From: Methanobacterium sp.
GTDB taxonomy: Archaea > Methanobacteriota > Methanobacteria > Methanobacteriales > Methanobacteriaceae
Assembly: GCA_003166335.1 (NCBI GenBank)
Contig: PMWA01000037.1
Span: 8,158-45,110 of the forward strand
Direction of reading: 5' to 3'
DNA length: 36,953 bases
Both the position numbers and the translations under genes were made by a program. Below the pieces are notes generated by a model. It was not told where the DNA came from, did no database searches, and saw only the letters and a program-made list of their open reading frames with translations. How positions within the stretch are numbered: the first letter of the stretch is position 1; each line of letters opens with the position of its first letter. This document shows, piece after piece, positions 1-8,106 of this stretch.

Positions 1-548
1 ATAATTAAAAAAGCGTCAGAGGATTGTGAATTAGGTTTGCTAGTAGGGTTTGTTAAGGGTGTTGTATTATCATATTTTGATCCTATAATCAATCTCTGAG
101 TATCGGAACTTATGGGATAACAAGTTATTAAAAAAAGAGTATTGCCTTGATATAATGGTATTTGATATGATGCATCAACAATTGTAGAATTTGAGACCGT
201 ATATTCCACATTTCCTACGCCAGGCCATTCCAGAAATACATCATCCCCCGATTTTAGTTGATTCAAGTTTAAAAACGGCGAACCATGCAATGTTCTATGT
301 CCAAAAAGTATTACAGTACCTTCCCCCGGTAAGCCAGATAAAGGTTCGTAATATACCCCATAATCAATCGATTTATTATTTATACTTTCATTAACCCCTA
401 TTGACGGTATAACTACGTAAGGAGTATCATTAGAACTAGTAAGTGTTACTGAGTAAGAATAATAATCTACCTCAATTAAAAGATAAAGAGAAATAATGAA
501 CATCCCTACTAATATAAATACTGTAGGGAGTTTTATGGGAAATTTCAT
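1..548 (-). CDS. Sortase (class E/D-like), 3' end truncated by window edge; not in supplied ORF track
   Basis: Manual translation from ATG at 548: MKFPIKLPTVFILVGMFIISLYLLIEV (N-terminal anchor)...VIPSIGVN...GTVILFGHRTLHGSPFLNLNQLKSGDDV...VEYTV...NTLFLITCYPISSDTQRLII. Contains the sortase GHR, TLxTC-like and downstream Arg motifs (His84, Cys143, Arg152). Frame is open to position 1. Confidence 0.92.
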   Translation of the reverse strand, partial: MKFPIKLPTVFILVGMFIISLYLLIEVDYYSYSVTLTSSNDTPYVVIPSIGVNESINNKSIDYGVYYEPLSGLPGEGTVILFGHRTLHGSPFLNLNQLKSGDDVFLEWPGVGNVEYTVSNSTIVDASYQIPLYQGNTLFLITCYPISSDTQRLIIGSKYDNTTPLTNPTSKPNSQSSDAFLI

Positions 549-568
549 ATTATAATTCTTTAACTTAT

Positions 569-1540
569 CTACCTTAAGAACTTAGCGTACACCACCCCAG
601 CAGTTACCATAACAGCTGCTAGCGCGAGAAGTCCGTACGGAATACCGGTATTTTGACTAGGTACAGTTGTAGTATTATTAGTTGAATTATTCGGTGCAAA
701 TACTGATGATGTTCCCTTTCCAATATTTGATCCATTTCCTGATAGTGGCCATTGATAGGTATAAATGAATGATTCATGATCATTACTTGAACCAGCTTTC
801 GTTAAATGAATGTTCCATGCTGCAACATTGGTCTCCGGTGCTATACTAGTATCTTGGAAGGTTACTAGGGGGTTACTGTACGTCAATTTGGACGCAGTGG
901 GTATAATGGGTCCCCTTATAATTCCTGCAACTGGATAAGTGGCTAAGTTGGTGGCTGTGAAGGTAAAGATCCCAATCCATGATTTTAATTGCAAATCAGG
1001 ATTTAAAGTTTGGATTTCGTCAGGCATGAACCAGGAGGTATATAATCCCATATCAGGTATTAAAGGCCAAGATGTGTTGCTGACTGCATTTGGATTTCCT
1101 ATCCATCCAGGATCATTGCCCATTACTCCAGATGCATCGACTTTGAATGAAACAGTTTTTGTTTCACCCGGTTGAATCTCCCAACCCCAGTCTCCTTCAG
1201 GATTAACAGGATCAATCATCATTACAGCTCCTGGATGAGAAACAACTGTAAAGTTCATCGGAGGAGTAGTTCCGGAATAAATTTGACTTATCTTGAAATA
1301 TTCCACGTGGCTTCCAATATTTTTTATAATCACCGTAATGTTGGCAGTAAGCTGGGTCATTTGCACATTGGATGTATTGTAAGCTATCCAAGTTTGACTT
1401 CCCGTGGTCCCTGGAGTCCCTACGGAATTGCCACCCGAAGAATTATCCGCCGAAACAGTGTTTAAAGCGTCTGCAAATGTAAAAGCACTTATAATTGCTA
1501 AAAGAAAAACTATTATTATTAGATTTTTACTAAAATTCAT
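569..1540 (-). CDS. Secreted cell-surface protein with C-terminal sortase-type sorting signal
   Basis: ORF 569..1573; start moved to ATG 1540, which has a GGAGG RBS just upstream. Signal peptide MNFSKNLIIIVFLLAIISAFTFADA; beta-rich body; N/S/T-rich linker; C-terminus VPSQNTGIPYG-LLALAAVMVTAGVVYA-KFLR. Confidence 0.85.
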   Translation of the reverse strand: MNFSKNLIIIVFLLAIISAFTFADALNTVSADNSSGGNSVGTPGTTGSQTWIAYNTSNVQMTQLTANITVIIKNIGSHVEYFKISQIYSGTTPPMNFTVVSHPGAVMMIDPVNPEGDWGWEIQPGETKTVSFKVDASGVMGNDPGWIGNPNAVSNTSWPLIPDMGLYTSWFMPDEIQTLNPDLQLKSWIGIFTFTATNLATYPVAGIIRGPIIPTASKLTYSNPLVTFQDTSIAPETNVAAWNIHLTKAGSSNDHESFIYTYQWPLSGNGSNIGKGTSSVFAPNNSTNNTTTVPSQNTGIPYGLLALAAVMVTAGVVYAKFLR

Positions 1541-1692
1541 AACTTTCCTCCCCCTTATATTCATTCTCCCCATTTATCATATTATAAATAAAAAATCATG
1601 TTTTTGTAATAGTCCAATATTATTATATATATCTATCTATTTTAATTATTATGTCACATTTTAGTTATTAATTTACCCATATAGGATATAAA

Positions 1693-1714
1693 GGAGATTT
1701 TGAAAAATATCTCC
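1693..1714 (-). terminator. Short hairpin, possible terminator or processing site downstream of the DUF515-like gene
   Basis: GGAGAT-N10-ATCTCC inverted repeat ~22 nt after the stop at 1737, followed by TTTATAT on the minus strand. Confidence 0.35.
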
Positions 1715-1736
1715 CTCAAAATCTTCAATTGAATTA

Positions 1737-3149
1737 TTATCCATATATTTGGTGGAGTTCTGTTGCCATCCAAGTTGGCGCGCTTTGGGTAGGTACGACT
1801 AACTGTAGGGAATTCATGTTTTGAATAACGGACATTGCATTCTGTTGAGGTATTTCTAAAATAACCATGTACTGTGCATTGAGGTCTCCAAGATTGGAAA
1901 CTCTTTCTAAATTATTTAAATTGTACCCATAGTTATCTAAGAGAGAGTTTATGGTTGTTGGATCCCATGTATTGGATGCAGCTGCTCTTAAGAGTTGATC
2001 AACATCCGTGACTGAAGATTGGGAAGTGGAACTACTAGATGATATCTGATTTTCGGCAATACTTTGGGATTCGGTTAAATTGGCAGTTATAGTTCCACTA
2101 TCTGATTCAGATCTTAAAATAGCTAGTACTGTTGCCCCACTAACTAGAGGAGTGTTACTACTACTTGCACCGGTACTACTTGTACCGGTACTACTTTGAT
2201 TGGTCTGATTTGTTTGATTTGTTGATTGTACTGCAGTTGTTCCATTAGAGTTCAGGTAGATGTCTACCGAATCTCCAACATTTATTACTCCGCCAGCTGC
2301 TTGTAATCTGGTTAGTATAAGGGGTATCGCCACTGTATTCGGGGTAGTTATAACCATATTAGACAATACTGCAGCATCTGATTGAGTAATTAATTGCTGA
2401 GCATCTGACAGTTTCATTATAATTGATTGTTGAGTTCCTGAATTATTATAATTAACCTGTACTCTACTGTAGTTATCTTTTAGCGTGTTTACTTGCTGGT
2501 TTTGATATGCTTGCCAACTCGTAGTTGCAGGACCAAGCACATCTATTGCTGATGCTTGTTCTGGTGTTACTGAACTCTCAATTTCTGATAATAAGGTCTG
2601 TGCTTCAGGATCTGTTGCTAATGGTCCTGTATAGTAAGTATTCACTAAATTTATCTGAGATTGTTTAGCATCATTCAATGTGCCTTGATAGGGGGCATAT
2701 ACTAGGAAGTAATAACCTGCTCCCACTAGTACAATTAATATTAGTCCAAAAACGAGCGCTCCTACTAAAGTTCTCTGGTCTTCATCCGGGCCACCCCCAC
2801 CTGCCCCGCCACCACTGCCTGGCATTCTTCTTCCAAATCCAGGTAATATACCACCAATACCATCTGGTTTTTTATCCTTAGGAGGTTTCTGAAGAGACCT
2901 AGCGTTTCCACCATCTTTAGGACGAGGTTTAGGCATGGGCCGAGGTATTTTCCTTTTAACTCCTTTATCATCCTCATCTCCATTTGCTTTAGAGGCATTA
3001 TTATTAATTTGATCCTTAGATCCATTTGTTGCCCTAGAAACCATGTTTTTAATACGATCACTGACATCCATCCCCGGATCCTTATCTTTTTTACGAAGAT
3101 CAAAGTCACTTTTATCTTTATCATTTTTTCCAAATATTTTATCTAACAT
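1737..3149 (-). CDS. DUF515-like single-pass membrane protein with CpaB/RcpC-like extracellular domain
   Basis: 470 aa. Charged Lys/Pro/Gly-rich N-terminus; one TM (LVGALVFGLILIVLVGAGYYFLV); motif LTRLQAAGGVINVGDSVDIY...LVSGATVLAILR typical of methanogen DUF515 proteins (recalled). Start overlaps pssA stop. Confidence 0.7.
   Translation of the reverse strand: MLDKIFGKNDKDKSDFDLRKKDKDPGMDVSDRIKNMVSRATNGSKDQINNNASKANGDEDDKGVKRKIPRPMPKPRPKDGGNARSLQKPPKDKKPDGIGGILPGFGRRMPGSGGGAGGGGPDEDQRTLVGALVFGLILIVLVGAGYYFLVYAPYQGTLNDAKQSQINLVNTYYTGPLATDPEAQTLLSEIESSVTPEQASAIDVLGPATTSWQAYQNQQVNTLKDNYSRVQVNYNNSGTQQSIIMKLSDAQQLITQSDAAVLSNMVITTPNTVAIPLILTRLQAAGGVINVGDSVDIYLNSNGTTAVQSTNQTNQTNQSSTGTSSTGASSSNTPLVSGATVLAILRSESDSGTITANLTESQSIAENQISSSSSTSQSSVTDVDQLLRAAASNTWDPTTINSLLDNYGYNLNNLERVSNLGDLNAQYMVILEIPQQNAMSVIQNMNSLQLVVPTQSAPTWMATELHQIYG
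2161..2223. repeat. Short in-frame tandem repeats inside the DUF515-like gene
   Basis: CTACTTG(C/T)ACCGGTA x2 plus partial (2161-2196), then 9-bp TGATT(G/T)GT(C/T) x3 (2197-2223); encodes TNQTNQTNQSSTGTSSTGASS. Confidence 0.75.
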
Positions 3150-3859
3150 TTTCGACCACTTCTGCGAAAGTTGGCATATAAATGCATAAAAGGCACCATT
3201 ATTAAGTATAGTAATGTAAGGATGAATAAAAAGTTTGCGGGAAGATTGAAAATTACAGATGAAATGCTTTGCGGCAAACAGGTCAAAATTATTAGCAGAC
3301 CACCAACAAGTAGTAATATTGGATTTTTAATTTTAGGATATTCAAAATTGCTTACCATTAAGATAGATGCAACCCCCATTATAGCTAATGAAAATGTTAT
3401 ATTAAATATATTTGATAGATATAATGATCCAAGGATCAATGCTGTTGATGGAATTGGTAACCCAATGAATTTATCCCTACTTAAACTCGGAGCTGAATTT
3501 GAAAGTACGTTGAACCTTGAGAGTCTTATAATCCCACATAATACTACTAAAAGAGATACTAGTATATTAATGTATGGTATACTAGAGGATGTGGATGCTG
3601 AATACAAAAGAATTCCTGGTGCAACACCAAATGAGATCACATCTGATAATGAATCTATATTTTTTCCAAATCCAACTTGATCTACTCTTCTGGTCTTGCG
3701 AGCCACCCAACCATCTAAGAAATCAAATATAACTGCAAGGAGTATAAATTTAGCTGCTAGTGCTAAATCACCCCTAGCAGCCATAATAATAGCTAAAAAT
3801 CCTAAAGAAGCATTGATCAAAGAAATTAAATCTGGTAATGCTATATATTTTAAGTGCAT
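3143..3859 (-). CDS. pssA: Archaetidylserine synthase (CDP-alcohol phosphatidyltransferase, PssA type)
   Basis: CDP-alcohol phosphotransferase motif DFLDGWVAR...FGKNIDSLSDVISFGVAP, RLSRFN, FIGLPIP; multiple TMs. Start set at ATG 3859 (GGGGT RBS) because the longer ORF start (3910) overlaps psd. Confidence 0.92.
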   Translation of the reverse strand: MHLKYIALPDLISLINASLGFLAIIMAARGDLALAAKFILLAVIFDFLDGWVARKTRRVDQVGFGKNIDSLSDVISFGVAPGILLYSASTSSSIPYINILVSLLVVLCGIIRLSRFNVLSNSAPSLSRDKFIGLPIPSTALILGSLYLSNIFNITFSLAIMGVASILMVSNFEYPKIKNPILLLVGGLLIILTCLPQSISSVIFNLPANFLFILTLLYLIMVPFMHLYANFRRSGRKC

Positions 3860-3896
3860 TTTGTTGAAACCCCAAATCTCATGATTAAATATTTTT

Positions 3897-4568
3897 TTAA
3901 AAATCTTCATCCATCATTTTAGCAATAATGGTTTCTCCAGCTTTAGGCCTTTCTCCTTCGTGAATCATTAATTTGGAAGTTTTATATGGAATTATCAAAT
4001 CAACACGTGACCCGAATCTTATCATCCCTAAGCGATCCCCCGTATGCACAATATCCCCAATTTGGACGTATTGTACTATGCGTCTAGCTACAAAACCTGC
4101 AATCTGCACTACACCAACTTTCCCATATTTTGATTCTATTACGATCAAATTCTTTTCGTTTTCCTTATGCACGTCACCCTGTGCAAGTTTGAATTTGCCT
4201 GGATAGTATTGAGTTTTGATAATTTTGCCAGTGATGGGAACTCGATTTACATGGACATCCAGGCCGGACATGTATGTACTGATTAAAATACCTTTTTCAT
4301 GTTTCTCTAAAACTTGTTCAGTCAAGTGATCGTCTGATTTAACTATTTCTATAATATCTATTTTACCATTAAGAAATCTTCCATCTGCAGGTGCCACCAC
4401 CACTCCTTCATCATCTGGTGTTTTACGAGAAGGATCTCTAAAAAATTGTAATATGAATGCGATAATTAAAAATATGATAGAACCGATTAAGATATAACCA
4501 AATAATAAAAGTAATATTGCTAGGATTAGTAATACAGCTGTTATTCTTAAAGTTCCTTTAACAAACAT
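3897..4568 (-). CDS. psd: Archaetidylserine/phosphatidylserine decarboxylase proenzyme
   Basis: N-terminal TM, FFRDP, APADG, DVHVNR, QIAGFVARRI and self-cleavage motif RFGSRVD (pyruvoyl-forming G-S). Confidence 0.92.
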   Translation of the reverse strand: MFVKGTLRITAVLLILAILLLLFGYILIGSIIFLIIAFILQFFRDPSRKTPDDEGVVVAPADGRFLNGKIDIIEIVKSDDHLTEQVLEKHEKGILISTYMSGLDVHVNRVPITGKIIKTQYYPGKFKLAQGDVHKENEKNLIVIESKYGKVGVVQIAGFVARRIVQYVQIGDIVHTGDRLGMIRFGSRVDLIIPYKTSKLMIHEGERPKAGETIIAKMMDEDF

Positions 4569-4909
4569 TTATAATCACTAGTACTAGCTAAACAGTAATA
4601 ATTCTTTTATCTTCTTAGTTCAGTAATATAAAAATTTTAACATTAATTATTATTGAATTTTTATTGAAATATAAGCTGATTTTAGTAATAAAAATTGGTT
4701 AGAAAAATATTATGAAATGACAATTCGAATACATTCCAATGAACATCAATGCTATTTATATATGATTATAACATAAAGAATCACTTGAATAAATTATTAT
4801 ACTAATCAATAGAATTTTTGTAATTATTAGTTATATGTGATCCATTAATTTTATAACAATCTGATCAAAATTTAATCTGATCTATTATAACTGAAAGAGT
4901 GATTAACTG

Positions 4910-5536
4910 ATGATAGAGAATAAAATTAAGACTTTGAGGAAAGCTGCAACAGTATCCACAGCTCATGATGCAGATAAGTTATGGTGCGTTATTGCTGGTA
5001 GTGAAGAATTGGTTAACAATGCAGCTTATGAGGCGATATTAGATAAAGAAAGAGTTAAAATTCTATGCAGAGAACATGTATCAAATAAAGAATCATTTAT
5101 AACGCAAAAATTCGATTTCTTGTTATTATACGGTGATGTAAATAAAATAAGAGATTTAACTTCAATTAGTAAAGAACAAGGAGGCGCTTATCTTAAGATA
5201 GCTCCTTATTATACAGAAAATGAGTCAGAACTCCTCTTAGTAGTAGGTCCTGATAATCATATAAAAAAATTCATTGGAGATTGTGAAAAAAATCACCTTA
5301 AATTTACATTCTTATTAGAAGACAAAACCACAGGATTCATAGAAACTGATGTTTACTTAACAAACAAGATGCCATCAGTTATCCGTAAAACTATTGATCC
5401 TTTATTCAAAATGGCGGATATTGCTATATCAACCGTTCTAATATCTATTGAAAATGATAAAGAACGATTTAAAGAATTAGTCAAGCAGAATAAGTTATTT
5501 GTGATAGAATTCAATAAATTTTTAGAGGAGGATTAA
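4910..5536 (+). CDS. Hypothetical cytoplasmic protein translationally linked to mreB
   Basis: 208-aa ORF with GAGTGA RBS; stop 2 nt before mreB start; no recognised catalytic motif. Confidence 0.8.
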   Translation: MIENKIKTLRKAATVSTAHDADKLWCVIAGSEELVNNAAYEAILDKERVKILCREHVSNKESFITQKFDFLLLYGDVNKIRDLTSISKEQGGAYLKIAPYYTENESELLLVVGPDNHIKKFIGDCEKNHLKFTFLLEDKTTGFIETDVYLTNKMPSVIRKTIDPLFKMADIAISTVLISIENDKERFKELVKQNKLFVIEFNKFLEED

Positions 5537-5538
5537 AA

Positions 5539-6615
5539 TTGTTTAACCTTTTTGGAAAAGATGAAGAAAATGAAAATGTTAAAAAGGATGGTCTTACTAA
5601 CACTTTAGGAATTGATTTAGGAACTCTTAACACCGTGGTAGCTAAACCATCAGGAGATAAATTTGAATTATATAAAATACCTTCCGTAGTAGCAGTTAAA
5701 AAAGAAGAACCATCATATGTGCTAGCAGTTGGAGAAGAAGCTAAAGTTATGCTGGGAAGAACACCTGAAGATATAATAGCAGTAAGACCACTGCGAATGG
5801 GTGTTATAGAAAGTATAGCTCAAGCAAAAGCTCTTTTAGTATACTCCATGGAACAAGGAGCTGGAGATGGTGTAGAGAGCATTGAACGGATAGTTATTGG
5901 TATTCCTGGAGACGCTTCTGAAGTGGAGAAGAAAGCCGTAGAAGAAATAGGAGTGGAAGCGGGTGCTAAATTCGTTTTGGTTATTAGTGAAGGATTAGCA
6001 GCAGCAATAGGCGCAGGATTACCTATAGCTGATGCATCAGGGACCATGATAATTGATTTAGGTGCAGGTTCTAGTGATGTTGTTGTTATATCCTTGGGTG
6101 GAATTACAGATATTGAAACCATACGAAGCGGTGGAGATGACATAGACACCAATTTAGTGAAGCAAGTCAAAGAATCCTATAACGTAGAAATAGGCATACA
6201 TGAAGCAGAAAAAGCTAAGATTAATGTGGGAATGGTTCATTCTAAAACAGAAATGAAACCGACAGGTACCCAGGTTATTGGTAAATCATTAGAAACTAAC
6301 AAACCTCAAAAGATTGAGATAGATTCAATAATGGTAGCAAATGCTGCAGAACCAATAATATTGAGGTTAATAGAATCATTATCCTTTATACTTAAAAAAA
6401 TATCTCCAGAACTCATAGCTGGAGTATATAATAAAACTATTATAGTTGGAGGTACCTCCCAACTTAAAGGACTTAAAGAAAGAATTTTTGAAGAAGTTGG
6501 TATTCCAGTTGAGATTTCAGATGACCCCATGACTGTGGTAGCTAAAGGAGCGGCCATAGTAGCTGCAGAACCCAGAGCATTAGAACCAGAAGTTCGTTTA
6601 AAGGCTATGAAATAA
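5539..6615 (+). CDS. mreB: MreB/Mbl-family actin-like rod-shape protein
   Basis: Phosphate-1 GIDLGTLNT, IPSVVAV, RPLRMGVI, AAAIGAGLPI, phosphate-2 IDLGAGSSD, adenosine motif IVGGTSQLKGL; TTG start after GGAGGA. Confidence 0.92.
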   Translation: MFNLFGKDEENENVKKDGLTNTLGIDLGTLNTVVAKPSGDKFELYKIPSVVAVKKEEPSYVLAVGEEAKVMLGRTPEDIIAVRPLRMGVIESIAQAKALLVYSMEQGAGDGVESIERIVIGIPGDASEVEKKAVEEIGVEAGAKFVLVISEGLAAAIGAGLPIADASGTMIIDLGAGSSDVVVISLGGITDIETIRSGGDDIDTNLVKQVKESYNVEIGIHEAEKAKINVGMVHSKTEMKPTGTQVIGKSLETNKPQKIEIDSIMVANAAEPIILRLIESLSFILKKISPELIAGVYNKTIIVGGTSQLKGLKERIFEEVGIPVEISDDPMTVVAKGAAIVAAEPRALEPEVRLKAMK

Positions 6616-6643
6616 TTAAATGATGAAATTAATCATCAAATAA

Positions 6644-6661
6644 CTTTTTTTATTTTTGTTT
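6644..6661 (+). terminator. T-rich archaeal terminator candidate after mreB
   Basis: Oligo-T tracts about 30 nt after the stop codon. Confidence 0.4.
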
Positions 6662-6730
6662 AGATAGAAAAAAAACATTCCTCTCATACATAGTTATTCA
6701 TCAAACCTCAAAAATCTGTTATGAAGAAAA

Positions 6731-7342
6731 ATGAAGATAGTAGGAATAGATGAAGCCGGCAGAGGATCAGTAATAGGCCCACTAGTAGTGTCTGGAGTGA
6801 CCCTTAAAGAAAATAGAATTAAATATCTTGAAAGACTCAAATTAAAGGATTCTAAAAAGATTTCTCCAAAAAGAAGAACTATTCTCTCTAGAAAAATTAA
6901 GAAAATAACAGAATATCATATAGTTAAAATAACTGCCCAAGATATAGATTTTTTAAGATCTAAAGACATAAATTTAAATCAAATAGAGAAAATAGCAATG
7001 CAAAAAATTATTGAAGACTCAAATGCAGCTATCTCTATCATAGATTGTATAGATGTCAAACCAGAGAGATTTAAAAACGAAATGGAGAAGGTTTTCCCGG
7101 ATTTAAAAGTTATATCAGAACATAATGCAGAAGATAAATATGCAGTGGTAGCTGCAGCATCAATTGTAGCCAAAGTTGAAAGAGACTTGGAAATAGCTAA
7201 ATTAAGGAAAACTTTTAGTAATATTGGATCTGGATACCCTAGCGATCCTAAAACTATTAAATTCTTAAAGAATATCTCGTACGAAGAACTACCCGACTTT
7301 GTGAGGAAATCATGGGCCACTGTAAATAGATACAAAAAATAA
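6731..7342 (+). CDS. rnhB: Ribonuclease HII
   Basis: GIDEAGRG, KDSKK, VAAASIVAKVERD, GSGYPSDP, RKSW motifs. Confidence 0.96.
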   Translation: MKIVGIDEAGRGSVIGPLVVSGVTLKENRIKYLERLKLKDSKKISPKRRTILSRKIKKITEYHIVKITAQDIDFLRSKDINLNQIEKIAMQKIIEDSNAAISIIDCIDVKPERFKNEMEKVFPDLKVISEHNAEDKYAVVAAASIVAKVERDLEIAKLRKTFSNIGSGYPSDPKTIKFLKNISYEELPDFVRKSWATVNRYKK

Positions 7343-7473
7343 ATTAGTTATAGGTTAATAATAAAAAATACTTAATATTTTAATTTTAAAATAAAATAAA
7401 ATATTCTTCTATATTAATAAAAAGGAAATTAATAAATTTACAAATAATGTATTAATAAAATTGGTGGATAGAA

Positions 7474-8076
7474 ATGTATCTGGGTAGAATGTTGGCTGTA
7501 GGATGTACAAATTATGGTAAATTCTTGGCTTATCGTGTTTCAAGCCGTTCTTTTCCAAATCGTATCACTAAAGGTTACGATGATCGGGTTTCTGTAATAC
7601 CGCGGGAAGGTTATGAAAAAGATATGTTTAAAAATCCTTACATTGCTTATAACTGCATTAAAATAGTTGATGATGTGGCTGTGGTTTCTAACGGATCACA
7701 AACCGATGTGATCGCCGAGAAAATTGCTTCGGGAATGAATATCCGTGATGCTTTGGGATTTACCCTTTTAACCATGGATTATGAAAAGGATGATTATAAC
7801 ACTCCCCGCATAGCTGGAGCAACCTCATTGACAGGAGATGCTTATCTTGGAATTGTGACACATGATAATTTAATTGTGGAAAAGGTTCCAAATGGTAAAG
7901 CGGCTTACATAGCTACATATGAGCATGTTAAACCTCAAATAGTAAAGTTTTGTGCAGAAAATGCGGGTGCTGCAGCTGAATTTATATTACATGGAGAAAA
8001 ATTTGCAGAATTCAGTAATCCAGTGACTTCAGCTGCAGCTTTTGGTAATATGAGTTGGAATGTAAGTGTTCTGTGA
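7474..8076 (+). CDS. purO: Archaeal IMP cyclohydrolase
   Basis: [45 protein letters not shown] motifs of PurO. Confidence 0.93.
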   Translation: MYLGRMLAVGCTNYGKFLAYRVSSRSFPNRITKGYDDRVSVIPREGYEKDMFKNPYIAYNCIKIVDDVAVVSNGSQTDVIAEKIASGMNIRDALGFTLLTMDYEKDDYNTPRIAGATSLTGDAYLGIVTHDNLIVEKVPNGKAAYIATYEHVKPQIVKFCAENAGAAAEFILHGEKFAEFSNPVTSAAAFGNMSWNVSVL

Positions 8077-8106
8077 AAACTGTAAAATTTCTTTGAGAAT
8101 TTAAAA

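Noticed and set aside
191..394. 67-aa plus-strand ORF from the track
   Set aside because: Antisense shadow of the sortase gene, which has clear catalytic motifs on the minus strand.
939..4206. Short overlapping ORFs (939, 1172, 1404, 2678, 2765, 3171, 3696, 3973)
   Set aside because: Antisense or alternate-frame shadows of well-supported genes; no motifs.
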